A stretch of DNA of 64,000 bases from Octopus vulgaris. Taxonomy: Eukaryota. The notes below the pieces were generated by a model. The model had not been told where the DNA came from. It did not search any database and was given only the letters and a program-made list of their open reading frames with translations. Below, in pieces: positions 26,319-39,530 of the stretch (the stretch's first letter is position 1; each line of letters begins with the position of its first letter). Location of the stretch: positions 61,380,001 through 61,444,000 of the forward strand of contig OX597817.1 in NCBI GenBank assembly GCA_951406725.2, written 5' to 3'. A program made the translations under genes and the position numbers.

Positions 26319-26640
26319 AAACACACACACACACACAGATATATATATATATATATATATAAACAAACACACACACACACACAGATATATATATATATAT
26401 ATGAATGTATGAGTTTGTGTGTGAAGCTGGTGTTGATGATATGAAGAGAGGAAGTAAAGGCGAAAATATTGTTTAGCATTCGTTGACCTCAGCTAAGTCG
26501 GATGCAGCAGATACATCGGAGTAAATAAGGAAGTAGATATTTATGAGGGAAATTGGTAAAATAAGGAAGAAAGCAGGGGAAATGTGAAATATGGAAGTAT
26601 CGAAGTGGAGGATTAAACGGAAAGAGTCGAGGAAATGGAG

Positions 26641-26714
26641 AAGGAGAAGAAGAAGAAGAAGAAGAAGAAGAAGAAGAAGAAGAAGAAGAAGAAGAAGAAG
26701 AAGAAGAAGAAGAA
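26641..26714. repeat. (GAA)n microsatellite
   Basis: Direct reading. Confidence 0.97.
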
Positions 26715-27806
26715 GCGAAATAAGAACAACAGCAGCAGTAGAAGCAGCAAGGTGAAAGAGTGCCCCTGTTATACTAGGGATGAAAAAGAAAAATAAAGTA
26801 AAGAAAAGAGGAGAAATTCACATCAGACGAAGCGGATGAAAATCCTGAAATAATTACCCGTGTGTGTGTGTGTGTGTGAGAGAGAGAGTGTGTTCGCATA
26901 TTCGCGTGTGTTAAACTGAAGTTATGATTTTAAAACAAGTAGAATTTCAATGAATCTTTATTCTAAAATATTACAATACTTGCTGTTTTGAAGTAGAACA
27001 CAATTATGTAGAATGACATTTTGAAATATTATTTGTATAATTCAATAATTTAGATGAAAATTTCGTTAAAAACCAAAAAAAAAATGCATTCATAATTGTA
27101 AAAATTCTAAAATCTTAAGGGTTTTCTTAAATTTGTCTCTTGACCACAGTATTTCTGTTTAGTGGTATTTTCATATTTCAGTCTACAAACTTTGCCAAAG
27201 TATCATTTTTTTCCTCGAGTTACCGAAAACAAATATGTCTGTTGTGCGTGCCTATTCCGTGAATCTAAAATATATTTTTTCATTGTAGTCTTCCGACTTC
27301 ACTTTGGTATATTATACTAACTTGTTTGTGAAGCAGTTGCTGTCAAGTGAAAGCAATTAATACTGACACAATTACACTGGAACTATTTATTTAGCGGAAG
27401 GCTGTTACTGTAATTTTTTTTCAGTTGATGCAAGAAAAATCAAATTCTTCGAGATACAGATACTGGTGCAGCTAATTTTCATTGGGTTCTTATTGAAAAT
27501 TTTGTGTTACCTGCGACCAATTAGAAAATACCTCAGAACATAACTTTAACATGATTTTGTGATATTAGATACCTTTTCCAGTTTCTCCGGATGATTAACC
27601 CAGGTAATGTTGTGCTCGCTTGTATAGCATTTTGTGGACCTTGACGGCATTACAGAGTTGATGTGTCGTGCTTTCTTCAAGAAAACTTTATCTTTGAATC
27701 ATCAACAGACACGAATTTTTTAACGCGAAACTTGGAGTGACAGTGATGTAAAAATCTCAATTTATACTTGTTTTAAATTCTCTCTCTCTCTCTCGCACAC
27801 ACACGC

Positions 27807-27881
<75 letters not shown>

Positions 27882-27959
27882 TATATATATATATACACAA
27901 CTATGCGTGTGTGTGCATGCGTGTATGTACACCCTCATATACATTGTTACGCACCTATG

Positions 27960-28220
27960 GTGAACTCTCTTGGTACAAACGACCGATAAGGGCTCCATGA
28001 CTTCTTGCTGAAGAAGATACAAGAGGATTTGTTTGCAGTGATAAAAAGTTCACATCTTCAATAAAATTGACATTACCTGTACAAGTGCACGGTTTTCCAC
28101 ACGTCAGATATCGAAGGGGCCCCAAAGCAGATGAGCACAACGCACTGTCCGTTTCGAGAATCGAAACCACGCTTTTGCGATGATGAGTACAGTAGCCTAA
28201 CGACTCGGTCACGTACCTTC
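27960..28220 (-). mobile_element. Diverged tRNA/CORE-like SINE
   Basis: The reverse complement resembles 41721-41975. Confidence 0.65.
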
Positions 28221-28225
28221 ACGCA

Positions 28226-28256
<31 letters not shown>

Positions 28257-28434
28257 TCGCACATTGCCGTTTCTTGGTAGGATCTTGTTTCTTGGTTGTA
28301 ATAATAATTACAACACAAGCACTGGCGCATGTGTTGTTATTATTGGCATCATGACTCTCTCAAGACAAGGTTTGTTTTAACACTCGAATTCGCATCAATA
28401 ATCTTGCAAACCATGTACAAAAATCAAAAACGAA

Positions 28435-28498
<64 letters not shown>

Positions 28499-28799
28499 TT
28501 CTATACACGTATACATGCATTTATAGACACGTGGCCAAAAGTGAATGATTCTGTACGCACACTTCAGAAATCTCTTGAAAAGACGTGATCAAACTGTTTT
28601 TTTTTTTTTAAAGAAGTAGAAATTATTGCACCTGACTGTCTGAAAGAAGATTCCCTAATTAAATCACAACATATCAAGATGCTTCATGAAGAATTCTTCG
28701 CTCAGTCTACCTAAATCAAAAGTTGTTTATTCAATAAGGAATTATTTCTGATCTCGTCGAAAAGAACCACACCAATAAATCACTCACCCACGTAACAGC

Positions 28800-29022
28800 A
28801 GATCGCCGAAAAAGATAGACACAACCGAGCTCCAGAAATAGATGGTATTCCAGTTATTGCACTAGAATTATGCAATAATGTCCAAGCAAAACACAGACTC
28901 TGGAAAGCATCCAAATTCGTTGAAAGAAGCAATCATCAAACCAATTCACAAAAGTGGAAGCAGGGCACAACAGATTATTTATAGAGCCGTATCTTTCAAC
29001 TCACACATAACTAGAATACTTG
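28800..29022 (+). mobile_element. CR1/Jockey-like RT fragment
   Basis: RAPEIDGIPVI and SGKHPNSLKEAIIKPIHKSGSRAQQIIYRAVSFNSHITRILE match RT domain 0/1 motifs (GPDG; PIHK...YRPISL). Confidence 0.8.
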
Positions 29023-29037
29023 AATGAACCAACGAAC

Positions 29038-29360
29038 CAACGAGGGGACCTCTGTATGCTCAAACAACCGGTTAGAAATAACAAATGCACCTCCTTGTGC
29101 ATCCTCTTAAAAGAGGAAGAAAATATTGTATGGGATAGTCCCAGACTGACTGCATCTGACACAGATCAAACCGAAAGGGTCATGGCTGGAATGTATTCTC
29201 GATCAAGGCTGACCTAGGGACCGAACAACAACAGTTTTGGATGACAATGGCTTCCTTAGTTTTACCCAGTATTATAAATTTAATCAAGAAGGCTGGTCAC
29301 GACTGGAACTTCTTTGAATATAGGGATTGCACGATCGGAACCGACCTGGTAATAGACAAC
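29038..29360 (+). repeat. Old unclassified interspersed repeat; related pieces at ~15140-15400, 30600-30840, 39325-39510, 54290-54400, 61255-61430
   Basis: Shared motifs CTAGAAATA(A/G)CA..C.AA.TC.CC.TCAAA and GGCTGACCT.GG...AACAACAAC. Confidence 0.55.
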
Positions 29361-29629
29361 ATCATTGCATAATACTACAACAGCCATCCCCGACATCAGT
29401 ATTACTATCAGGATAAACATTACCAGCCCCAAACACCCATGTTACTATGGCCCCCAAACTACTGCCACCCTCGCACTCTATCCTCGTCACCCTAACAAAA
29501 CACCACCTCGGCCTTATCAGAGAAGGTTTGTTAAATTGTAATAACACAGTCAAAACAACAACTTCCTGTGGCGGAAAGATGGCGAGTTGGAGCAGTTTAC
29601 ATCGACTAATGACTGCATTGAAGGGAAAC

Positions 29630-29687
<58 letters not shown>

Positions 29688-29956
29688 TGTGTGTGTGTGT
29701 GTGTGTGCCTTCTTCATCATCATTATATTCACCATCATTATCATCATTGTCAGCAGCAGCAGCAACAGCAGCAGTAGCGGCGGCAGCAGCTTCACGTGTT
29801 GATCTCCTCCTCTTTCTTTTCCATCCCCACCCTACACCTCTATTTATTGTACTTTTTTCCTTCATCTCCTTTCCACATTCTTATTCTTCACCTCATTCCC
29901 ATTAGTCGCCCTCTTCTTCTTCTTCTTCTTCTTCTTCTTCTTCTTCTTCTTCTTCT

Positions 29957-30000
<44 letters not shown>

Positions 30001-31039
30001 TTCCTCCTTCTTCTCCTTTCTCTTCGTTTCCTTCTTCGACCTCTGGCCTTGTGCCTATAGCAGAAATTATTATTATTATTATTATTATTATCATCAGCAT
30101 CATCATCATCATCATCAACATCGTTGGTGTCGTCCTTTCTATTGTTGTTGCTGTTGTTATTCTTTTATTTCTTCCTCTCCCCACCCACACACTCCCCACC
30201 CCGACCTCACAACTTGTAGCCCTTGGAACCATCCGTGTCTATGATATCAAAACCGGTGCCAACTCTATAATTAAAGCAACATGCAAGTTGATATTTCTTT
30301 TGGGGATATTAACAATGTATTTACTAATTAATCAGTCTGTTTCAATTTATGGATATGCCTTGTTGCTGGCTGGCCGGCTTGCTGGCTGGCCGGCTTGCTG
30401 GCTGGTGTGTTGCTATGGTTATTCTGTTGTCGTTCGTTGATGAGGACAATGATGATGGCTGTGGTGGCGCTGATGATGATGATGATGATGATGTTTTTAT
30501 GAGTTTCTTGTTTATGTGATGATCGTTCTTTTCTTTTTCTTGATACCATGTTGTTGCTGTCCTAATTGTTTATACACAGTTTTGTTCGAATAGGCCAAAG
30601 GTGAAAAGCCTTCCCATTGTGACTATCCCATTCCATATATTTTTCAGACATATGTTTACAACTACATTATTCAATGCGGTTCTTTCATGTTTTTCAACAA
30701 AAGATTGTGATTTGGTGGAGACTTCGTTAAACTAAAGGCCGGGTCAGCTGACATCAAGATACTCCCTGGCTGGAAATGCTCGAATTTCCCTCAAATTCCA
30801 CCCAACCATCTTTAAAACTGAAAGACATATTGGTAGATGGAGTCTGAAGTAGAGAATCTTTTACTTATTTCAGACTTTGGATTGTGGTCAATATAAGGCA
30901 CTTCCGTGTAAGTTTAAATAGAGCAAATCAGCCTCAATACATATCTTTAAATCTATTACCTTTTCTAATGGTCGCAGTTTGCCGAACTGCTAAGGTACGT
31001 GGACGGACCTCAAAGGGTCACAAGCACAAAGAGAAACAC

Positions 31040-31117
<78 letters not shown>

Positions 31118-31154
31118 GCATGTTTGTGTGTGTGTGAAAGAAAAAGAGAGAGTC

Positions 31155-31376
31155 TTTGTTTTGCGATTTGAAAATGCGCCTGTATCTCAAAACGTATAGT
31201 TGCTTTTAGATTTTGCAATAGATTAATTCAAATATCAAACCGGTTTCATCAGTATTTTTACCGTTGATGAACAAAAAATTGTTGGAACCGGTTTGGCTTT
31301 TGATTAAATCTATTACAAAATCTAAAATCAACAACGGGTTTTAAGATTCAGGTGCATTCTCAAACCCCAAAATAAA
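31155..31376. repeat. Diverged ~220-bp palindrome (MITE-like)
   Basis: TTTTAGATTTTGCAATAGATT...CAAACCGGTT pairs with AACCGGTTTG...AATCTATTACAAAATCTAAAA. Confidence 0.85.
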
Positions 31377-32475
31377 TTCTTTTATATTCTTTCCTACGTG
31401 GGAATATACTTCTCTTCTCCAGGTATATATATACGACCGGCTTCTCTCAGTTTCCATCCACCTAATCCACACACGTCTTTGCTCAGTTATGGATCATTGT
31501 GGAAAACACTTGACCAAGATGCCGCACAGTGAAACTGAACTCAAGTGTACATGATTGGAGAGCAAGTTTCTTACCACAAAGCCACGCCTCTGCCTGAAAT
31601 GTCTGGAAAACATACAAATAATTATGTCTTGACTGCTTTAGATTAGAAACCTGCTTTCACGATGCTAAACAACGAAAGCAAATGGTGTCGTAGTTCGCTA
31701 GAAGCATTGTAGTACACAAATAGAATAATAAACGAAATGGGACATGAGGAGAGATTCTAACAATGCTGAAAGTCAAAAGAGCTTTAGATTTCGAGTGCAA
31801 GGTTCCATCTTCAAAACGATTACTTGATGGCTATACACCTTTAACGCCATCACCACCTACTACACCAACGCCACCACTACTGCCAACCTACAACCAGTCT
31901 TCCACCTCCGTCCACAGGGCGACCTCTACAACACCAACAAGTACCGGACCAAATTGATGTCAATGCTCATCCGGCTATCTAAATAGGTAGTATCTTCTTT
32001 GACTGCATCCTTCAGAAGATAGACCTTTAAGCCCAAATTACAGAGGGTATTTTTTTTTTTCATGTTTCCTTCATCGTTAGAAGTTTCCCCTATTTCTCAT
32101 TTCAACAAAAACAAAACGAACCACTGCTTCAAAGAGGTGTTGATTCGACTTTCGACAGAAATAATTATAGATTTTGTTATTCTTTGGGCTGTTGTTGTTG
32201 TGTTGTTGTTTTGCATATGTCATCGAGTACCACTGAATAACGTTAACCACTCGAATAACCAAGTGAGAAACACGGTTTCGATTCACTTAGACACCGAATG
32301 CCCTCCGATGTATATCATCGCGTACGTATCAGTTACAAACAAGAGATGACTGAGCTTAATCGCACGTTGATAGACATCGCTGCTTATTATAACTCCAAGA
32401 GGGAGAATGGAAGTGTTTATAGATGAACACTACCGAATATACTAACACTGTGCCGAAGGAGACCGTAAAAAGATT

Positions 32476-32506
<31 letters not shown>

Positions 32507-32590
32507 AATAATGATGATGATGATGATGATGCTATTAATAAGTGCATGTATTATATGCGTGTATATATGTGTGTGAGTGTGTGTGTTTAT

Positions 32591-32627
<37 letters not shown>

Positions 32628-32778
32628 TCAGTGTGTATCCGAGTCAAAGTATAGTCGCGTGTGTATTTACAAGAAATACATAGATTTATGTACAATCATA
32701 CGTGAGATCCGAAAGTGAGCAGGAATATAACGTATGCGCGCACATGCATACATATATACACATATACGTTTATATATG

Positions 32779-32837
<59 letters not shown>

Positions 32838-32956
32838 TTACATGCATATATGTACGTATATAATATGTATATATTATGTATGAATATATATATATATATA
32901 TATATAAATATATATATATACAGAGAGAGAGAGATGTATGTATACAAGTGTGTGAG

Positions 32957-33016
<60 letters not shown>

Positions 33017-33292
33017 TGTTTATAAGATTTGAAAGGATCAGAATGGACAGCAGGATATGTAGACAAGTATAGAGACAGACAAACAGAGTGAAAGACAGAT
33101 TGCCACAGACGTGGGGAGTAAATAAACACTCAAAGAAAATATTCATCCTAAGCGTCCAACATGGCGTCTGTATTATGTTTCGCAGTCAATGTACTCGGAG
33201 CGATGATTTGTGGGCTTTATTTCACTGACTTCTGCTTCTTTTTTCACTTATATTGTTATATAATATTCTTCATAGATACATAAGCGCATTTA

Positions 33293-33606
<314 letters not shown>

Positions 33607-34759
33607 GCTAAGGATAAAGAGGGGAAGAAAAGAGGAGAAAGTTGACTAAAATCTGCGTTATGGAAAGTTCGTTTACGGAATTTAAACACTTAGGGTCAGA
33701 ACATGATCTGCACTTTCGCTCCAGCGGAAACTCGTGTAAACTAAAATCATGATGCGTATATAGGAAAAAAATATTGTTTTCTGAAAAAATATGTGAAACT
33801 TTAATTGGCTGGGAACCCTACTTGTCGTTTTACGCCTGTATTTTCTTTTTGACATTTTCTTTGTATTTTCGGTGCCTGCAACCTACCAAAGCAGTTTAAA
33901 AATTGTTTTATCCTACGATCAATGTTTATTCTCGGTGTCCGCATTTTTGTCAGAGATTGCCCGTCGCTCTTTCCCTGCTCTAACACTGATTTTTTATTGC
34001 TTTCAATATTCTTGCCAGCGAAGTCGGTGAGCAGGCAGAATCGTTACTGCGCCGGGCAAAATACTTCGCGGCGTTTCTTCCGACTTTATGCTTTAAGTTC
34101 AAATGGTGCCGAGACCTACTTTGCCTTCCATTCTTTTGGGGTCGGTAAAATAAGTGTAATCGACTTTGCCCCTCCACCGAAATTTCTGACCTTGTGCCAA
34201 AATTTGCAACCAATATTCTTTGCCAACGCATGCCCACTCCATTTTCCGCTCGCACCTTGTTGAGGAATGAAGTGGTTGTCCAAAAAACAATTTGTGAAGA
34301 CATTGCGTTGGTTGGTGATTTTGATATTTTACAAGTTTCAGGAGAAAGAAAAATATCAAAGCTTTACAGTTGAAACAACACGTGACTATAAAACAAATTA
34401 TTCTCCATTAACTGCATGAACGTTGCTTTTTTACAGTTCTTATGCACTGCATATCATAGAATAGCTTTTAAGAGTGTGGATCGACGATCGAATTATATGT
34501 AACATGTTGGTAAATTATGAAAGCCATTGAAACGAAAACTAAAATTTGTACAACAAAAAGCAGAAACTTCTGATGTAAAACCTTTTCTGACTTGTAAATG
34601 CTATTTTGAAATGTTTAAGAGACGCTTAGATTTGCACAACTTTATAATGGCCGCCGAATCTGCTGGTATTGATGCAAGTTTACATACTTAGGTTCCCCCA
34701 CATCGGGCGACTTATGAATCAGTCCTAATACTCCAATAGGATCTGACAGCAACCAGCCT

Positions 34760-35130
34760 CAGAGCAGCGTTCCATCGTAGATTTACCAGCTGAAGTTCTT
34801 GTTGATCGTGTAGTACCAATGCATTTGAGGACGGCCCCTGCGCCGTTGACCATGAGAGTTCTGCTTAAGGACTTAGTTGGCGAGTTTGTTCGTCCGAAGT
34901 CTTATAATATGTTCCAGCCAATTCAGTCGGCCTTTAAAGATGGACGTTTGTCTGCTCTTCTGATCTGATGAAATCATTTTGTTTGATGCCTGGTATTTTC
35001 CCGAGGTATCTTCTCTTAAAAGCATCCACTTAGTTTTTGGGTTGTTTTCACGCTTCATATTTCACAGCTGCATAGAACGTAGGGAAAGTACGTTGGAGTT
35101 GTAGAATTACATTTTGGTTTTTGGATGCCA
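34760..35130 (-). mobile_element. RTE-type LINE RT C-terminal remnant
   Basis: ORF 34873-35058(-) contains GRLNWLEHIIRL (cf. RLxWxGHxxR), and the upstream sequence is decayed YNSNVLSxxLYxCE-like. Confidence 0.65.
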
Positions 35131-35398
35131 TTAATTAGCCTGATGAGTTAAGACAAAATGGATAATGACGACAGATAAGACAACATAATAATTATTCAGT
35201 ATTAATGAAACTAGAATATTCTGGAAACATGGTTGTTAGGATTGTTAATTCTAACGGAGAAGAATTAGCATGAAGCTTCCGAAAGTCATCTGACGCTTCT
35301 TGTAGCCGGAAACCCTGCTGAGGACATAAAATGAAATATTCCTACAAACATTGGTTGTCAAGAGAACAAATCCAAATGCACGTACACACACATACAAT

Positions 35399-35655
35399 GG
35401 CATTCCGTCAGTTACGACGACGATCAGTGTTCCAGTTGACCCGATCGATGGAACAACCGGCTTGGTAAATTAGCGTGCACGTGGCTGAGTACTCCACAAA
35501 CATGCGCACTCTTAACGTAGTTCTCAGGGAGATTCAGTGTAACACAAAATGCAACTAGGCCGGCGCTTTGAATTAAAAATACTATTCACTTTTGATAGGT
35601 GAGTGGATATAAATAACGTGAAGTAAAGTGTCTTGCTCAAGGACATAACGCGCGC
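35399..35655 (-). mobile_element. CORE-like SINE (family D) lacking tRNA head
   Basis: The reverse complement aligns with 35735-35990, including GTGTCTTGCTCAAGGACA. Confidence 0.85.
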
Positions 35656-35665
35656 ACACGCATGT

Positions 35666-35990
35666 GAAGGCGCGTGGCTTAGTGGTTAGGGTATTCGGCT
35701 CATGTTTGTGAGGTCGTGAGTTCGATTCCTGGCGGCACGTTGTGTTCTTGAGCAAAACACTTTATTTCACGTTGCTCGAGTTCATGCAACTAGCAGAAAT
35801 TAATTATACCTGTAATTCAATGGGGGCCAGCCTTATCAAACTCTATGTCATGCTGAATCTACCTGAGAACTAATTTGAGGGTACGCAAGTCTGTGGAGTG
35901 CTCAGCCACTTGCATGTTAATTTCACGAGCAAGCTTTTCCATAGATTGGATCAACTTGGAAGACTCGCCGTCGTAACCGACGGAGGGCCA
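35666..35990 (+). mobile_element. tRNA-derived CORE-like SINE (family D)
   Basis: A box TGGCTTAGTGG and B box AGTTCGATTCC, followed by TTCTTGAGCAAAACACTT. Confidence 0.9.
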
Positions 35991-36899
35991 GTTTATACAC
36001 GCGTGTGTGGTAGCCTCCTTTCTACAGTATTACACTGAATGCCTTCTCAATCGCTATTCAAAAGCGGTGCACATACACACACACACATCATATACACTCG
36101 CTAATTAAGTCAATAAACTCCGCCTTTATCTGTTTATCAGTCAATTGAAGGTGGCAAGTCTAATTAATGCCTCGAACGACGGATGTTTTAAATGGAGCGT
36201 GCAAATGTGTGGAGCTGCAGCTATTAGTTGGGACAGGGACGACCATATTGCTGATGCTGTTGCTGTTGTTGTTGTTGTTGTTGTTGCTCTTGTTGTTGTC
36301 TATGAGCATGATGATGAGGATGGCGATGAGAACGATGATGACGATAATGATCATTTGTAAGGGGATAAACTAATGTTGATGGTGGTGGTGGTGGCGGTGG
36401 TGGTAGTGCCTTTCAGATTCGCAGTAGCTTAGTATACATATATGATATTGTTGATACGGTGGGTAGGTTAGTGGGTAGGTGGTGGTGACGGCGGCGGCGG
36501 TAGTGGCGATGGTAGCGGTGGTGGCGATGTTGGCCACGGCGGCGACGGCAGAGGTGACGGTAGTGATGGTGTTGCTGGTGGGGATGGTGGCGGCCTCTGT
36601 TGTCGTCGTGATGGTAGTTAAGGTGATTGTGGGGTGAACAGTGATTTTTCCATTTATTACGCAAAAAAGGGGAGTCAGAGCCCTTTGAAGCTATCTGTGT
36701 CCTACCCGAACATTTACTGGGCAATGGGGCCAAACAAAAACAAAAGTGACAATAGGATCCGGTTTTATGCCCAAATAACTGCAATACTGCAAATTTCGCT
36801 AAAGTTGTTATGCCCTGCATCATGTTAAGTTCCAGGTTTGTGTGTGGTGGGGGGTGGGGGGTAAGACTGGTGTTAGTATGGTTCTAATGGTTTGGCAGA

Positions 36900-37092
36900 T
36901 TGGTTTCAAATTTTGGCACAAGACCAGCTATTTCGGGAACAGGAGCAAGTCATTTACATCGACCCCAGCATTCAGCTGGTATTATTTTATCAATCCTGAA
37001 GGATGAAAGGAAAAGTCGACGTCGGCGGAATTTGAACTCAGAAAGCAGAGACGGATGAAACCTTGCTAAGCATTTCGCCCAGCGCGGTAAAA
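36900..37092 (-). mobile_element. SINE family A variant
   Basis: GGATGAAAGGAAAAGTCGACGTCGGCGGAATTTGAACTCAGAA matches 18155-18200 in reverse complement. Confidence 0.85.
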
Positions 37093-37213
37093 ATTAAGCT
37101 CGCTCACCGCCCTGGTGATTAAATGGTTGTTGTTGCTGCTAGTAGTGATGATGATGATGATGATGATGGTGTTGTCGTCGTCGTCGTCGTTGTTGTTGTT
37201 GTTGCTGCTGCTG

Positions 37214-37621
37214 TTTGTTTGTTTGTTTGTTTGTTGAGCGAAGCGGTCTTCGTCCCAGAGCTCGCAAGATCGCGCCTCAGGATTGTTTGTAGAAGTCCGA
37301 AACGTGGTCCTTTGCTATTCGTAAGACCTGCAGAAGAGAATGCAGGTCAACCCCCGACACCGAGAGCATCGACGGATGGATGAATGCGCATCCAGACTCA
37401 TTGGTTGCGTAGGAAGTCGGGGACAAGAAACAGGAAGAAAGAGTGAGAGAAAGTTGGAGCGAAAGAGTACAACAGGGGTCGCTACCACCCCCTGCCGGAG
37501 CCTCGTGGATCTTTAGGTGTTTTCGCTCAATAAACACACACAACGCCTGGTCTAGGAATCGAAACCGCAATCCTCCGACCGCGAGTCCGCTGCCCTAACC
37601 ACTGGGCCATTGCGCCTCCAC
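37214..37621 (-). mobile_element. Full-length SINE (family C head, alternative tail) with TSD
   Basis: Head GGAGGCGCAATGGCCCAGTGG, B box GGTTTCGATTCC and an (AAAC)n tail. A 14-bp TSD TGTTGCTGCTGCTG lies at 37200-37213 and 37622-37635. Confidence 0.92.
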
Positions 37622-37870
37622 TGTTGCTGCTGCTGCTAGTGATGTAATCAGTATGACATAGTTATTGATAATAATGATGGTAGTTCGATTATTTTTTTGT
37701 AGCTACCAGCTGTTGTGTAACCCCAACTGAACAAACCTACGATCAAGGCCACCCCAGCTGTAACCAACAGGACTGAACCCGAAGCCACGCGGTTGCCAAG
37801 CTAGTTTCTTAACTGTACAGCCATACTGACGCATGCATACATACATACATACATACATACATACATACAT

Positions 37871-37986
<116 letters not shown>

Positions 37987-38458
37987 ATAAACAGGGAATT
38001 CCCCGGATGTAAATTGTCTTTTGTGTAGACGGAGGAAGGATCTGAATCTTGCCATCTGCTCCCTTTTCTGTGCAGCCCCGATTCAACTTCTGCGGCAAAG
38101 TCACGCTTCGATAAACTTGTTGGAGAATAGAGATAAATAGAACATCTTTTATTCTTTTCGTTTTTTTTTTTTTTATTCAGAAAGAACATCCTCCGATCGG
38201 TACCGTTGCCACCCTCACCACCACCACCACCACTACCATTAGCATTCCTTTCAACACTATTACACCATAATTCTCCTCATTAGCGTCATCACCATCGTCA
38301 TCATCATCATCATCATCATTAATTTTCCAGACGACAACTTTCCTCCTCTTCCACCATCACCATCATTACGTTTTCATCGTCGTCGCCATCATTGCTGTCA
38401 TCGTCATCGTTGTAATTATCATCATCAACCTTGTCATCGCCGTCGTCTTCGTCGTCAC

Positions 38459-39020
38459 CAGTGGTTCCCAACCGATTTTTGGCCATACCCCACCGAATCA
38501 TTTCTAAAATTCTGATGCCCCCGTGTGATATTTGATTTTTGTTATTTAAAATTTGTTCAATGTTTACGATATTACCCGGAAACAAAATAAAACAAATAGT
38601 GTAACAGACATAAAAAAATGTGTGGGAAATGAATATGAAAAAAAATTCGCGGAAATCAACGGGCGGGAAGGACTTCGGAAAATTCACAAGATCCGATTTT
38701 TTCCTTCATAACTTTTAGGGAATTTTTTTTTTAATGAAATTTTATATAAATACCTTTCAACCGGCATACAATACGATTATAAAGAAATTTATGGGAAAAT
38801 CTTTACCGAGGGGTGGAGTTCGGAAAATTCACAAGATCCGAGTTTTTCGCCCATAACTTGGTGACAGTTTATCGTGGATAGCGGATGTAAATCCAAATTT
38901 TAAATATTCCTCTGAATATTGACGAACTTTTTTTTACTTGCACGACTCATTTTATGTGTTTTTGAATCGGCATAACTACAGATTTCTGCGACCCCGATTC
39001 GGATGATCATAACTTTCAGA
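38459..39020. mobile_element. DNA-transposon remnants: hAT-like end plus element with internal direct repeats
   Basis: CAGTGGTTCCCAACC (hAT/Charlie-type terminus) at 38459. TTCGGAAAATTCACAAGATCCGA is repeated at 38674 and 38819. Confidence 0.5.
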
Positions 39021-39530
39021 AAAATGGATAAATATATATTTATGTATATGTTTATATATGGGAAAATATATATGTATATATGTATGTATATGTGTGTGTG
39101 GTGGAGGTATGTATATCAATGCGTGTTTATGTATATGAGAAATTCAAAGGTAATGAGAAATTCAAATGCTTTTGTCTGCTCCCAACTACAAAACCATTTG
39201 AAGCAACGGAACGATGCAACATATCAACAAACCCTGCTCACCTGCGATTGTCAGTTAGAGGTGTTTGTTGTTGTTCTCATTATTATTGTCGTAGTCACTG
39301 TTGCTGTCATCGTTCTTGTTGTTTAGATCGAGATCATCACAAATTGACCAGTCTAGGTTTGACCATTTCTGGTTTTCGAAGCGTTGTCTCCAAGACTGCA
39401 TAATTCTGTGTCGTATCTTCTTTTTGAATAAGGGCTACAATTTGAGGACAATTCGATGTATGTCGAGCGACATGCTTGAAATAACTCCCGAATTTCCCCC
39501 CGCACTGGGTCAAATCGTCTTTGATTAGAG

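Noticed and set aside
33161-33283. CAACATGGCG followed by a 40-codon hydrophobic ORF
   Set aside because: The hydrophobicity reflects T-rich sequence, and there is no recognisable homology or splice signal.
35666-35740. tRNA-like heads here and at 7337, 17092, 41721 as tRNA genes
   Set aside because: A/B boxes continue into SINE bodies, with no complete cloverleaf or acceptor stem.
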